A stretch of DNA of 55,472 nucleotides from Oscillospiraceae bacterium. GTDB taxonomy: Bacteria; Bacillota; Clostridia; Oscillospirales; Ruminococcaceae. The stretch lies in assembly GCA_051893715.1 (NCBI GenBank), contig JBJFHP010000100.1, positions 1 through 55,472 of the forward strand, in the 5' to 3' direction. Of the stretch, positions 47,286 to 55,472 are shown one piece after another. Within the stretch, counting starts at the first letter, position 1. Each line of letters opens with the position of its first letter. The position numbers and the translations under genes are program-made. The notes under the pieces were generated by a model that was not told where the DNA came from, did not search any database, and saw only the letters and a list, made by a program, of their open reading frames with translations.

Positions 47286-48407
47286 CGCCTGCTCCATCAT
47301 GCTTTCGGCGAACACGGCATAGCCGCGCGTCGGGTCGTTCAGCAGAACATGAGTCACCGCGCCGACGAGCCGCCCGTTCTGGATTATCGGGCTGCCGCTC
47401 ATTCCGCGCACTATCCCGCCTGTCTTTTCGATAAGCGCGGGGTCGGTTATCCTTATGACCATGCTTTTGGAGCCGTTCATATCAAGCAGATTTATCCTTT
47501 CTATCTCGATATCGTATTCCCTAACCCCGCCGTCGTCGACTGTCGTCAGGATAACGGCGCGCCCGCATTCTGCCTCGTGGCGGAACGCCATGGGTATCGC
47601 TGCGCCGCCGTCGGGAGGTTCAGCCGTTCCGAAAACGCCGACCTCGGTGTTGGCGGTTACCTTTCCCGTAGTTTCCCCCGAAACGAAGCTGCCGCACAGC
47701 TCGCCCGCCTCGCCCTTTTTCCCGCGGACAACGCCGCTTATCCGCGCGGCGGTTATTTCCCCGCCCGAAAGCGGAACGCACTGCCCCGTGGTGACGTCGC
47801 TTACCGCGTGCCCCAGCCCGCCGAATTGCCCCGTCTGCGGGTCATACCATGTCATGGTGCCTATCCCTGCGGCGCTGTCGCGTACCCAAGCGCCTATTTT
47901 AAGCGTTCCGTCGCCGTTTTTTTCCGTGGGGACAGACAGGCACAGCTCGCTTTTTCCGCGCGTCAGTATCACCTCGGCGTTTCCGTCGGAAAGCTGCACG
48001 GCGTCGCTTATCTCGCCGTTTGTGGTTACCTCGACGCCGTTCACCGCGGTGATGACGTCGCCCTGCTTTATCCCGCTCTCGGCGGCGGGGGAATTGTTCC
48101 CGACGCTCACCACCATTACTCCGTCGGAGCGCACTCTTATGCCGAACGGCGTTCCGCAGGGGATAAGCTGCGGACGTTTCGTTTGGGTCAATTCCGCTTC
48201 TTTAATAGGAACCGCTCCGAGATAATACGCGCAGCCGCTGTCGGTCGGGCGCAGCACGGCTGCGGAAAAACCGCCCGAGCAGTAAACCGTATCGCTGTCC
48301 GTGTTTAAATTGACGGGAAGCGCGGCATAATAATATCCGACGACGGCAGTCAGCACCGAAACGGCGGCGCAGGCTGCCCGAAAAATAAATTTTGATGTTT
48401 TTATCAT
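47274..48407 (-). CDS. spoIVB: SpoIVB peptidase (PDZ + S55)
   Basis: WVRDSAAGIGTMT, GLGH, TGGIVRGMSGSPIIQNG, GAVTHV; N-terminal hydrophobic segment after MIKTSK. Confidence 0.93.
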   Translation of the reverse strand: MIKTSKFIFRAACAAVSVLTAVVGYYYAALPVNLNTDSDTVYCSGGFSAAVLRPTDSGCAYYLGAVPIKEAELTQTKRPQLIPCGTPFGIRVRSDGVMVVSVGNNSPAAESGIKQGDVITAVNGVEVTTNGEISDAVQLSDGNAEVILTRGKSELCLSVPTEKNGDGTLKIGAWVRDSAAGIGTMTWYDPQTGQFGGLGHAVSDVTTGQCVPLSGGEITAARISGVVRGKKGEAGELCGSFVSGETTGKVTANTEVGVFGTAEPPDGGAAIPMAFRHEAECGRAVILTTVDDGGVREYDIEIERINLLDMNGSKSMVIRITDPALIEKTGGIVRGMSGSPIIQNGRLVGAVTHVLLNDPTRGYAVFAESMMEQASEQ

Positions 48408-48623
48408 TTTATCGTTATCGGAAAGCTGTTTCGCGCGCCACAGTCTGTTCCGCCTTTCATTTTGGTTTTCGGCGATTTTTCTCACCGCCGCAAAATTTAA
48501 TATTGACCTTTTCACCCCGAATATCATAGGAAATAAAAAGCGGCATGATTGTTCCCGAAAAGGATTTTTGAGGTCGTACGAGATATTTTTTCGCGGCATT
48601 ATGCGAAGCAGTAAATAAACCCC

Positions 48624-48652
48624 TTGACAACTTACTGACAAAAAGGTATAAT
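48624..48652 (+). promoter_or_regulatory. sigma-A promoter ~530 nt upstream of rnj
   Basis: Perfect TTGACA-N17-TATAAT. Confidence 0.8.
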
Positions 48653-48658
48653 TAACGT

Positions 48659-49187
48659 ATATGCGTATGTTCAATTCCGGCTTTTGCGGAAAAAACAACC
48701 TGCCCCGAAAATGCGGGCAGTCTGACGTAAAGTTATTCTGACATTTACGGCAGGTATTCCCGAATATCGGGAAATTTATGGATATAATTTTGTGACATAT
48801 ACAAACAGGCAGCGCGGGACAACGCCCGTTCTGCCGCCGACACCGAATAACAGTCCGCTGCGATGACGCGGTATCATCCGACGCGCAGCGGAGCTGTCCG
48901 CGGATACGTTTCACCCACTGCCCGCACAGGGCACTCACCTCCCGGAAATGCTTTCGTTAAGGCATTTCTGCAATTCCGCGTTTACATATTCTTCCTCTGC
49001 AATGGAAGAGGCACACCCGTTCGTATGGGCGTATTATGCCATTTTTGCCATTTTTCGGACAGAAGCGTTCGGTAGTATTGCCGCAATTATTTTATTATGT
49101 ATCACAGGAATCATTCGGCTGCCTGCCCGCACCTTTCGGAGGTCGGGAATGCCGCGGCTGAACGGCAAAGAGAAAGGAACTTATTTA
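48659..49187 (+). ncRNA. candidate long structured 5' leader or ncRNA before rnj
   Basis: About ten consecutive GC-rich hairpins between the promoter and the rnj RBS; no credible ORF. Confidence 0.45.
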
Positions 49188-51101
49188 ATGGGATTACTTA
49201 CCAACAGCAAGCTTTTGACAGAAACAGAAAATATTGCATCAAAGAGAGGCAGAGAGCAGAAAAACGCCGCGCCCGCTATGAATAACGGCGGCAGCGCCGC
49301 AGCCGATAAGGCGAATGTCCCCGTAAAGAAATACCGCAGGAACGCGCCGCAGCGCCGTACCGTAAAAGAGGATAAGCCCGTGCTTTCACAGAAGGAGCCG
49401 CGCGAGGGAAGGCTGGTTCAGAAGAAGCCGCGCGAGGTACGCTCCGCGCCCGTTAAGTTCATTGCGCTGGGCGGTCTTAACGAGATAGGAAAGAACCTTT
49501 ACGTTTACGAATGCAGCAACGATATGTTCATCGTTGACTGCGGACTTGCGTTCCCCGACGAGGAAATGCCGGGCGTTGACCTTGTTGTCCCCGACTTCAC
49601 TTATCTTGAAAAGAACAGGGATAAGTTCAGGGGCATTGTCATCACGCACGGTCACGAGGACCATATCGGCGCGCTGCCTTATCTTCTCAAGAAGATAAAC
49701 GTTCCCATTTACGGCACAAGGCTTACTCTCGGGCTTGTCGAGGGCAAGCTCAAGGAGCACGGGCTGCTGTCGCAGGCGTCGCTGAACGTCGTCGAGCCGA
49801 GGCAGAACGTTAAAATGGGCTGTATGTCGGTGGAATTTATCCGCGTTAACCATTCCATACCCGACGCCTGCGCGCTGGCGATACACACGCCTGCGGGCGT
49901 TATCGTGCACACCGGCGACTTCAAGGTGGACTATACCCCTATCGAGGGGGGAATAATCGACCTTGCGCGCTTCGGCGAGCTCGGGAACAGGGGCGTGCTC
50001 GCGCTGATGAGCGAGAGCACCAACGTTGAGCGTCCCGGCTACACCAAGAGCGAACGCAGCGTCGGCGAGAGCTTCAAGGGGCTTTTTAACGCCGCAGAGG
50101 GCAAGCGCATAATCATCGCGACCTTCTCCAGCAATATCCACAGGATACAGCAGATAATCGACGAGGCGGTGAAGCACGGCAGGCGCGTTGCCGTTTCGGG
50201 AAGAAGCATGACCAACGTCATCGCAAAGGCTGTCGAGCTTAATTATATCAAAGTCCCCGAGGGAACGCTCATCGACATCGAGGACGTGAACAAATACGAC
50301 CCCGCGCAGCTTGTCATCGCAACGACGGGAAGTCAGGGCGAGCCGCTTTCGGCGCTGTCGAGAATGTCGTCGGGCGACCACAGGCAGGTCACCATAACCC
50401 CGAACGATTTCATCATAATTTCCGCAACGCCTATCCCCGGAAACGAAAAGCTTGTCACCAAGGTGGTAAACGAGCTTATGAAGCAGGGCGCGGAGGTCAT
50501 CTACGAGAGTATGTACGAGGTGCACGTTTCGGGTCACGCCTGTCAGGAAGAGCTCAAGATGATGATATCGCTCACCAAGCCGAAGTTTTTCGTGCCTATC
50601 CACGGCGAATACAAGCACATGAAAAAGCATTCAAGGCTAGCCATGGGCATGGGTATCCCCGAGGAGAACATATTCGTGAGCGACCTCGGGCTTGTCCTCG
50701 AAACGGACGGCGTTGACATGAAATTCACGGGCTCCGTTCCCGCGGGCAAGGTCATGGTGGACGGCTTCGGCGTCGGCGACGTCGGGAGCGTTGTCCTCCG
50801 CGACAGAAAGCACCTCGCCGAGGACGGCATGATGATAATTGTCGCGACAATCGAGCGCGAGAGCGGGCGAGTGCTTGCGGGACCCGATATCGTATCGCGC
50901 GGCTTCGTTTATGTCCGCGAGAGCGAGGAGCTTATCGACGAGGCGAAGCAGCTCATGAAGCAGGTCATGCAGAACTGTCAGGAGCGCAATATCCGCGAAT
51001 GGGGCAACATCAAGTCCGCAATGCGCGACGCGCTGGGCGACTATATCTATTCCAAGACAAAGCGCAGCCCGATGATACTCCCTATAATAATGGAAGTATA
51101 A
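49188..51101 (+). CDS. rnj: ribonuclease J
   Basis: LGGLNEIGKN, THGHEDHIG, NHSIPD, HTGDFK, HVSGH, PIHGE. GAAAGGA RBS before ATG 49188; basic N-terminal extension. Confidence 0.96.
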   Translation: MGLLTNSKLLTETENIASKRGREQKNAAPAMNNGGSAAADKANVPVKKYRRNAPQRRTVKEDKPVLSQKEPREGRLVQKKPREVRSAPVKFIALGGLNEIGKNLYVYECSNDMFIVDCGLAFPDEEMPGVDLVVPDFTYLEKNRDKFRGIVITHGHEDHIGALPYLLKKINVPIYGTRLTLGLVEGKLKEHGLLSQASLNVVEPRQNVKMGCMSVEFIRVNHSIPDACALAIHTPAGVIVHTGDFKVDYTPIEGGIIDLARFGELGNRGVLALMSESTNVERPGYTKSERSVGESFKGLFNAAEGKRIIIATFSSNIHRIQQIIDEAVKHGRRVAVSGRSMTNVIAKAVELNYIKVPEGTLIDIEDVNKYDPAQLVIATTGSQGEPLSALSRMSSGDHRQVTITPNDFIIISATPIPGNEKLVTKVVNELMKQGAEVIYESMYEVHVSGHACQEELKMMISLTKPKFFVPIHGEYKHMKKHSRLAMGMGIPEENIFVSDLGLVLETDGVDMKFTGSVPAGKVMVDGFGVGDVGSVVLRDRKHLAEDGMMIIVATIERESGRVLAGPDIVSRGFVYVRESEELIDEAKQLMKQVMQNCQERNIREWGNIKSAMRDALGDYIYSKTKRSPMILPIIMEV

Positions 51102-51151
51102 ATATGGAAATATAAATGCTTTCCGGCAATTGCTGCCAAGGAGGTCATTGA

Positions 51152-53221
51152 TTGAAGAACTTTTATAAAAGCAAAGTGCTGCTTTATTCCCTCTGCACGC
51201 TTATCGCGTTTCTTCTCGCGCTGGATATTTATGTTTTCAGGACAGATCCCGTTATGTTCTGGGTATCGCTGCCGTTTCTTGTTGCCGTTTCGGGCATTGC
51301 TATCGGAAAGCTGGTTCAGATCCGCCGCAGCGAATACTGGTACTTTGAGCAGCTGACGAGCGAGATACGCGGAACGGACAGTATGTCGCTTATCGGCTTC
51401 CCGCTGCCCGTCGCTATGGTGGACGAGGACCGCTGCATAATATGGAGCAACGACTGCTTCAACGAAAGCTTCTTTCTGCCCGGCGAGGACGAAAGCTCCG
51501 TTGACGTCATAACGGACGAGCCGCTCGTGCTGTTCAGCGACGAGGGCAGAGAGATACAGTACGGCGACAGGTGGTATCACGTCTACTCCGACCCGCATGA
51601 ATTTGTTGTTGACGACCACAGGGCTAACGGCAGAAAATCCCTGTTCGATCTCGGGGAGTCAGCCGAGGAAAGCACGCAGAGGATAACCATACTTATTTTC
51701 CGCGATATAACGGAATACAAGCAGCTTCAGCTTTCCTATGATATGTCAAGACCCGTCGTCATGATAATCATGGTGGACAATTACGAGGAGCTTCTCGGCG
51801 GCGCGCGTGAGAGCGACCGCGCATATGTGACGATACAGGTCGACAGGCTCATCGAGGAATATTTTGCGGAACGCACCGCAATGCTCCGCAAGATATCGAA
51901 CGATAAATTTCTTGTCGTTGTTGAGAACAGGTATGTCCGTGAAATGACGCAGGAGAAAATGCCGCTTATCAACAAGGCTCACGAAATAGTTGTCAAGGAC
52001 AAGGGCGCGGTGACGCTTTCGATCGGTATCGGCGCGACGGCAAAGACCTTCGCCGAGGGCGAGCAGTTCGCAAGCGAGATGCTGGACAAGGCGCTGGAGC
52101 GCGGCGGCGATCAGGCGCTGCTCAAGACGGCGAACGGCTTTATCCCCTACGGCGCAAGCTCCCCCGGAAAGGAAAGAACCGGAAAGGTAAAGATCCGCTT
52201 CGCGGCGGAGAATATAAAGGCGCTGATAAGCACTGCGGACACTGTGTACATAATGGGTCACAGCTACGGGGACTTCGACAGCGTCGGCGCGGCGATAGGG
52301 CTCACCTGCGCGATAAAGCGCCTCGGTATTCCCGCATACGCGGTGGTAAGGCAAAACCCTGCAAAGACGAACGCGCTCTCGCTTATACAGCGCTTCTCCG
52401 ACCGCAGCATATTTCAGGAGCCGGAAACCGCGTTCAACGAATTTACGCGCAAATCGGTGCTCATCATCGTTGACACGCACATTGAAAAGAAAGTCGAGGA
52501 TCAGGAGCTTCTTCACCTTGCGGACAAGTCAAGGGTAATAATAATCGACCACCACAGGCTCAGCGCGGGCGCGATAAGCGACTGCGCCGTCAAGGTGCAG
52601 GAAAGCAACGCGTCCTCCGCTTCGGAGCTTGTGACGGAGCTTATTCAGTATTTCAGCAGCGACACGCTGCTTAACTCAACGGAAGCGGAGGCGCTTCTCG
52701 CGGGAATAACCCTTGATACAAAGGATTTCGTAATGCGCGCGGGCGTTTCGACGTTCGAGGCGGCGGCTTATCTGAAAAAAATCGGCGCGGACACCATTTC
52801 CGTAAAGAAGCTTTTCGATACCACGATAGAAAACAAGACGAAAAAGGCGGAGATAATCTCCTCCGCGGAAATTTATCATAAGAACTGCGCCATAGCGGTG
52901 GTGGACGAGGTGTTCGACGGGATACGCGTCATCTGCTCGCAGGCGGCGGACGAAATGCTGTATATCAAGAATGTTGACGCGTCGTTCACCGTGTACCCCG
53001 TCGAGGGCGGCTGGAGCTTCAGCGCGCGCTCGCTCGGAAAGGTCAATGTTCAGATGATAATGGAAAGTATTGGCAACAAAAAGGACGACGGCGGCGGGCA
53101 TCAGTCAATGGCGGGCGCGCAGCTGTACGGTATCACCCGCGATGAAGCTGTTGAAAAGCTGCACAGGGCGATAGACGAATATTTCTCTCCAGTTGAGGAA
53201 ACGCAGGAGAGCGAACAGTAA
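51152..53221 (+). CDS. gdpP: c-di-AMP phosphodiesterase GdpP-like (TM-PAS-degenerate GGDEF-DHH/DHHA1)
   Basis: Two TMs, [11 protein letters not shown]...DFDS, IIDHH, SARS, GGGH; gdpP-rplI-dnaB synteny. Confidence 0.92.
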   Translation: MKNFYKSKVLLYSLCTLIAFLLALDIYVFRTDPVMFWVSLPFLVAVSGIAIGKLVQIRRSEYWYFEQLTSEIRGTDSMSLIGFPLPVAMVDEDRCIIWSNDCFNESFFLPGEDESSVDVITDEPLVLFSDEGREIQYGDRWYHVYSDPHEFVVDDHRANGRKSLFDLGESAEESTQRITILIFRDITEYKQLQLSYDMSRPVVMIIMVDNYEELLGGARESDRAYVTIQVDRLIEEYFAERTAMLRKISNDKFLVVVENRYVREMTQEKMPLINKAHEIVVKDKGAVTLSIGIGATAKTFAEGEQFASEMLDKALERGGDQALLKTANGFIPYGASSPGKERTGKVKIRFAAENIKALISTADTVYIMGHSYGDFDSVGAAIGLTCAIKRLGIPAYAVVRQNPAKTNALSLIQRFSDRSIFQEPETAFNEFTRKSVLIIVDTHIEKKVEDQELLHLADKSRVIIIDHHRLSAGAISDCAVKVQESNASSASELVTELIQYFSSDTLLNSTEAEALLAGITLDTKDFVMRAGVSTFEAAAYLKKIGADTISVKKLFDTTIENKTKKAEIISSAEIYHKNCAIAVVDEVFDGIRVICSQAADEMLYIKNVDASFTVYPVEGGWSFSARSLGKVNVQMIMESIGNKKDDGGGHQSMAGAQLYGITRDEAVEKLHRAIDEYFSPVEETQESEQ

Positions 53222-53235
53222 TAGGAGGAAAAGTT

Positions 53236-53682
53236 ATGAAGGTCATTCTGCTTGAAGATGTAAAGGGCACGGGCAAAAAGGGCGAGATAAAGGAAGTCAA
53301 GGACGGCTACGCCATCAACTGCCTTATCAAGAAAGGGCTTGCGCAGGAGGCTAACGCAAAGAACATGAACCTGCTTCAGGGTCAGAAGGATCACGCGCAG
53401 CACAAGATAGATGTTGACATTGCCAACGCAAAGGCGATAGCGGAGAAGCTCGAGGGCAAGACCGTTGTCGTTAAGGCAAAGGCGGGTCAGAACGGCAGGC
53501 TGTTCGGCACGGTGACATCAAAGGAGGTTTCCGCGGCGATAAAGCAGTCGCTGGGCTGCGACGTTGACAAGAAGAAGATCAACATTGCGGTCAAGATAGA
53601 GGGATTCGGCGATTTCTCGGCGGAGGCAAGGCTGTACGCGGGCGTTGCGGCTAAGTTCACCGTTACGGTGACGGAGGGCTGA
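53236..53682 (+). CDS. rplI: 50S ribosomal protein L9
   Basis: [31 protein letters not shown]. Confidence 0.97.
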   Translation: MKVILLEDVKGTGKKGEIKEVKDGYAINCLIKKGLAQEANAKNMNLLQGQKDHAQHKIDVDIANAKAIAEKLEGKTVVVKAKAGQNGRLFGTVTSKEVSAAIKQSLGCDVDKKKINIAVKIEGFGDFSAEARLYAGVAAKFTVTVTEG

Positions 53683-53683
53683 T

Positions 53684-55051
53684 ATGGCTGAATTTGACCT
53701 TTCGGGTATAAATCTTCCGTATCACCTCGACGCGGAGCAGTCCGTTCTCGGCGCGATACTGATGGACGGAAACGCGATAAACGAGGTCATCGGAACGCTT
53801 CATCCCGAGCATTTTCATGTCGATCTGAACAAGGATATTTATTCGGTAATGGTTCAGATGAGCATGAGCAGCGAGTCAATCGATATAGTAACGGTGCTGG
53901 ACGGCTGTATGCGCCACGGAATATTCGAAACCGCCGAGCAGGCGAAGGAGTACCTCACAAGGCTCATGCAGGCGGTTCCGAGCATTTCCTCCGTCGCAAA
54001 ATACGCCAACATCGTTGTCGAGAAGTATATGCTCCGCAGCCTTATCTATGCCGCAAAGGAGATAATCGACGCGGCAAACGAGGGCGCGGAGGACGCAAAT
54101 TCCATCGTTGATTTTGCGGAGCAGAAGATATACGATATCCGCTCCGGCGCGGAAAGCAAGAGCCTGACGCATATCAGCGGCATTGTTTACGAGCGCGTAA
54201 AGGCGCTCAACGAGCTTGTCCACACGGCGGCGCAGAACGGCGGGCAGCCCGTCATGACGGGTCTTGCGACGCTGTATTCCGAGCTTGACCGCCGCATATT
54301 CGGTCTGAACAAGTCCGACCTTATCATACTCGCGGCGCGCCCCGGTATGGGTAAAACCTCGTTTGCGATGAACATTGCGGCGAATGTCGGGAAGAAATAC
54401 CGCGACAAGGCGGTGTGCGTGTTCAGCCTCGAAATGTCAAAGGAGCAGATAGTCGCGAGAATGCTGAGCTCCGAGGCGCTGCTGCCGTCGGAGGCACTGA
54501 AAACGGGAAATGTTTCCAACGAAAAATGGTCGGATATAATGACCGGCGCGGACATTCTGTCGCAGCTGCCGATATACATAGACGACACCCCCGGCTGCAA
54601 TGTTTCGATGATAAAGTCAAAGCTGCGCAGGATAAAGAACCTCGGCGTGGTAATTATAGACTACCTGCAGTTGATGTCGTCGGTCAAGAATTACAACGGC
54701 AACCGCGTTGTTGAAATATCGGAAATTACGCGTAACCTAAAGGTCATGGCGAAGGAGCTGAACGTCCCCGTTATCGCGCTGTCGCAGCTCGCGCGCGGCC
54801 CCGAGCAGCGCCCCGACAAGCGCCCGCTGCTCTCCGACCTGCGTGATTCCGGCTCTATCGAGCAGGACGCGGACATCGTGCTTTTCCTGTACAGGAACGC
54901 GTATTACGACAAGACCGACCCCAATCCCAACGTGTGCGAATGTATCGTCGCGAAGAACCGTCACGGCGAAACGGGAACGGCTTACCTCGGCTGGAACGGC
55001 GAGTTCACCAAGTTCTCCAACATCGAGGTGCGGCTGAATAATCAGCAGTAA
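53684..55051 (+). CDS. dnaB: replicative DNA helicase
   Basis: AEQSVLG, AARPGMGKT, FSLEM, IDYLQL, LSDLRDSGSIEQDAD, AKNRHG. Confidence 0.97.
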   Translation: MAEFDLSGINLPYHLDAEQSVLGAILMDGNAINEVIGTLHPEHFHVDLNKDIYSVMVQMSMSSESIDIVTVLDGCMRHGIFETAEQAKEYLTRLMQAVPSISSVAKYANIVVEKYMLRSLIYAAKEIIDAANEGAEDANSIVDFAEQKIYDIRSGAESKSLTHISGIVYERVKALNELVHTAAQNGGQPVMTGLATLYSELDRRIFGLNKSDLIILAARPGMGKTSFAMNIAANVGKKYRDKAVCVFSLEMSKEQIVARMLSSEALLPSEALKTGNVSNEKWSDIMTGADILSQLPIYIDDTPGCNVSMIKSKLRRIKNLGVVIIDYLQLMSSVKNYNGNRVVEISEITRNLKVMAKELNVPVIALSQLARGPEQRPDKRPLLSDLRDSGSIEQDADIVLFLYRNAYYDKTDPNPNVCECIVAKNRHGETGTAYLGWNGEFTKFSNIEVRLNNQQ

Positions 55052-55061
55052 AGGTGCATTT

Positions 55062-55472
55062 ATGACAAATATCGCTTTTACCGAAAAGGTAAAAAAGGCT
55101 ATAAATGATTTTGATATGTTCGGACAAGGCTGCGCTGTCGCTGTCGCCCTTTCGGGCGGCGCGGACAGCGTTTCCCTTTTGTGCGCCCTGAAAGCGCTGG
55201 AGGGCGAGCTCGGGATAACCCTGTCGGCTTGTCATCTGAACCACGGTATGCGCGGGGAGGAAAGCGACGCGGATATGCGCTTCTGCGAGGAGCTTTGCGC
55301 GCGGCTGGGCGTTCCGCTTTTCGCGGAGAAGATAAATGTTTCCGAGTTCAGGCAGAAGCACGAGAGCGGCGAGGAATGCGCCCGCAGGATAAGATACGCC
55401 TTTTTTGACAGGACATTGACGCGGCTGGGCGACGGCGCGCGCCTTGCCACCGCGCACAACAGCAACGACTGC
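55062..55472 (+). CDS. tilS: tRNA(Ile)-lysidine synthetase, 5' part (runs off the window)
   Basis: MTNIAF...VALSGGADS, HLNHGMRG, ARRIRY, ATAHNSND; dnaB-tilS synteny. Confidence 0.93.
   Translation, partial: MTNIAFTEKVKKAINDFDMFGQGCAVAVALSGGADSVSLLCALKALEGELGITLSACHLNHGMRGEESDADMRFCEELCARLGVPLFAEKINVSEFRQKHESGEECARRIRYAFFDRTLTRLGDGARLATAHNSNDC

Noticed and set aside
48408-49187. Long N-terminal extensions of spoIVB (to 48938) and rnj (from 48948) in the ORF track
   Set aside because: They overlap promoter and hairpin sequence, lack protein-like composition, and rnj has a good SD at 49188.
48659-49187. RNase P RNA, tmRNA, T-box or CRISPR array in the rnj leader
   Set aside because: No GAGGAAAGTCC, no tRNA-like ends, no GGTGGTACCGCG T-box, and the hairpins are not repeats of one sequence.
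149-55465. Many long antisense or alternate-frame ORFs (e.g. 149-1231, 9672-10622, 36838-38160, 42837-44120, 49386-50630)
   Set aside because: They are shadows of well-supported genes in GC-rich DNA and carry no recognisable motifs.

Overview
Mostly core chromosome of a moderately GC-rich, spore-forming clostridial bacterium (spoIVB present; Oscillospiraceae/Ruminococcaceae-like by gene style, which is inference). I see no prophage, CRISPR array, transposase or defence island. In order, the window holds: a cation:proton antiporter behind a fluoride-riboswitch-like leader; rpmG-secE-nusG-rplK-rplA; a GH43 xylosidase; purF; TraB-family and histidine phosphatase genes; an XRE regulator; a minus-strand operon rlmB-(1023-aa protein)-tadA-flippase-rimM-trmD-era; comM-malQ-pulA-aminopeptidase P; a secreted transglutaminase-like protein; birA-bioY-bioB-bioD with a BirA operator; a TetR plus three membrane proteins; tRNA-Thr(GGT); mnmM-like and CBS genes; an SDR; MATE-MoxR-DUF58-membrane protein-metH-GH27-GtrA; a clpC paralog; spoIVB; and rnj-gdpP-rplI-dnaB-tilS (partial). 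The best candidates for something new are in the RNA-modification operon: TrmD fused in frame to an ASCH domain, and a 1023-aa protein made of a long disordered N-terminus and an apparently catalytically dead P1B-type ATPase. Also notable: a ~530-nt hairpin-dense leader before RNase J, a ~126-bp MITE-like insert flanked by a duplicated hairpin, and a PurF lacking its catalytic Cys. All family calls come from motif recognition by eye; no database search was run.
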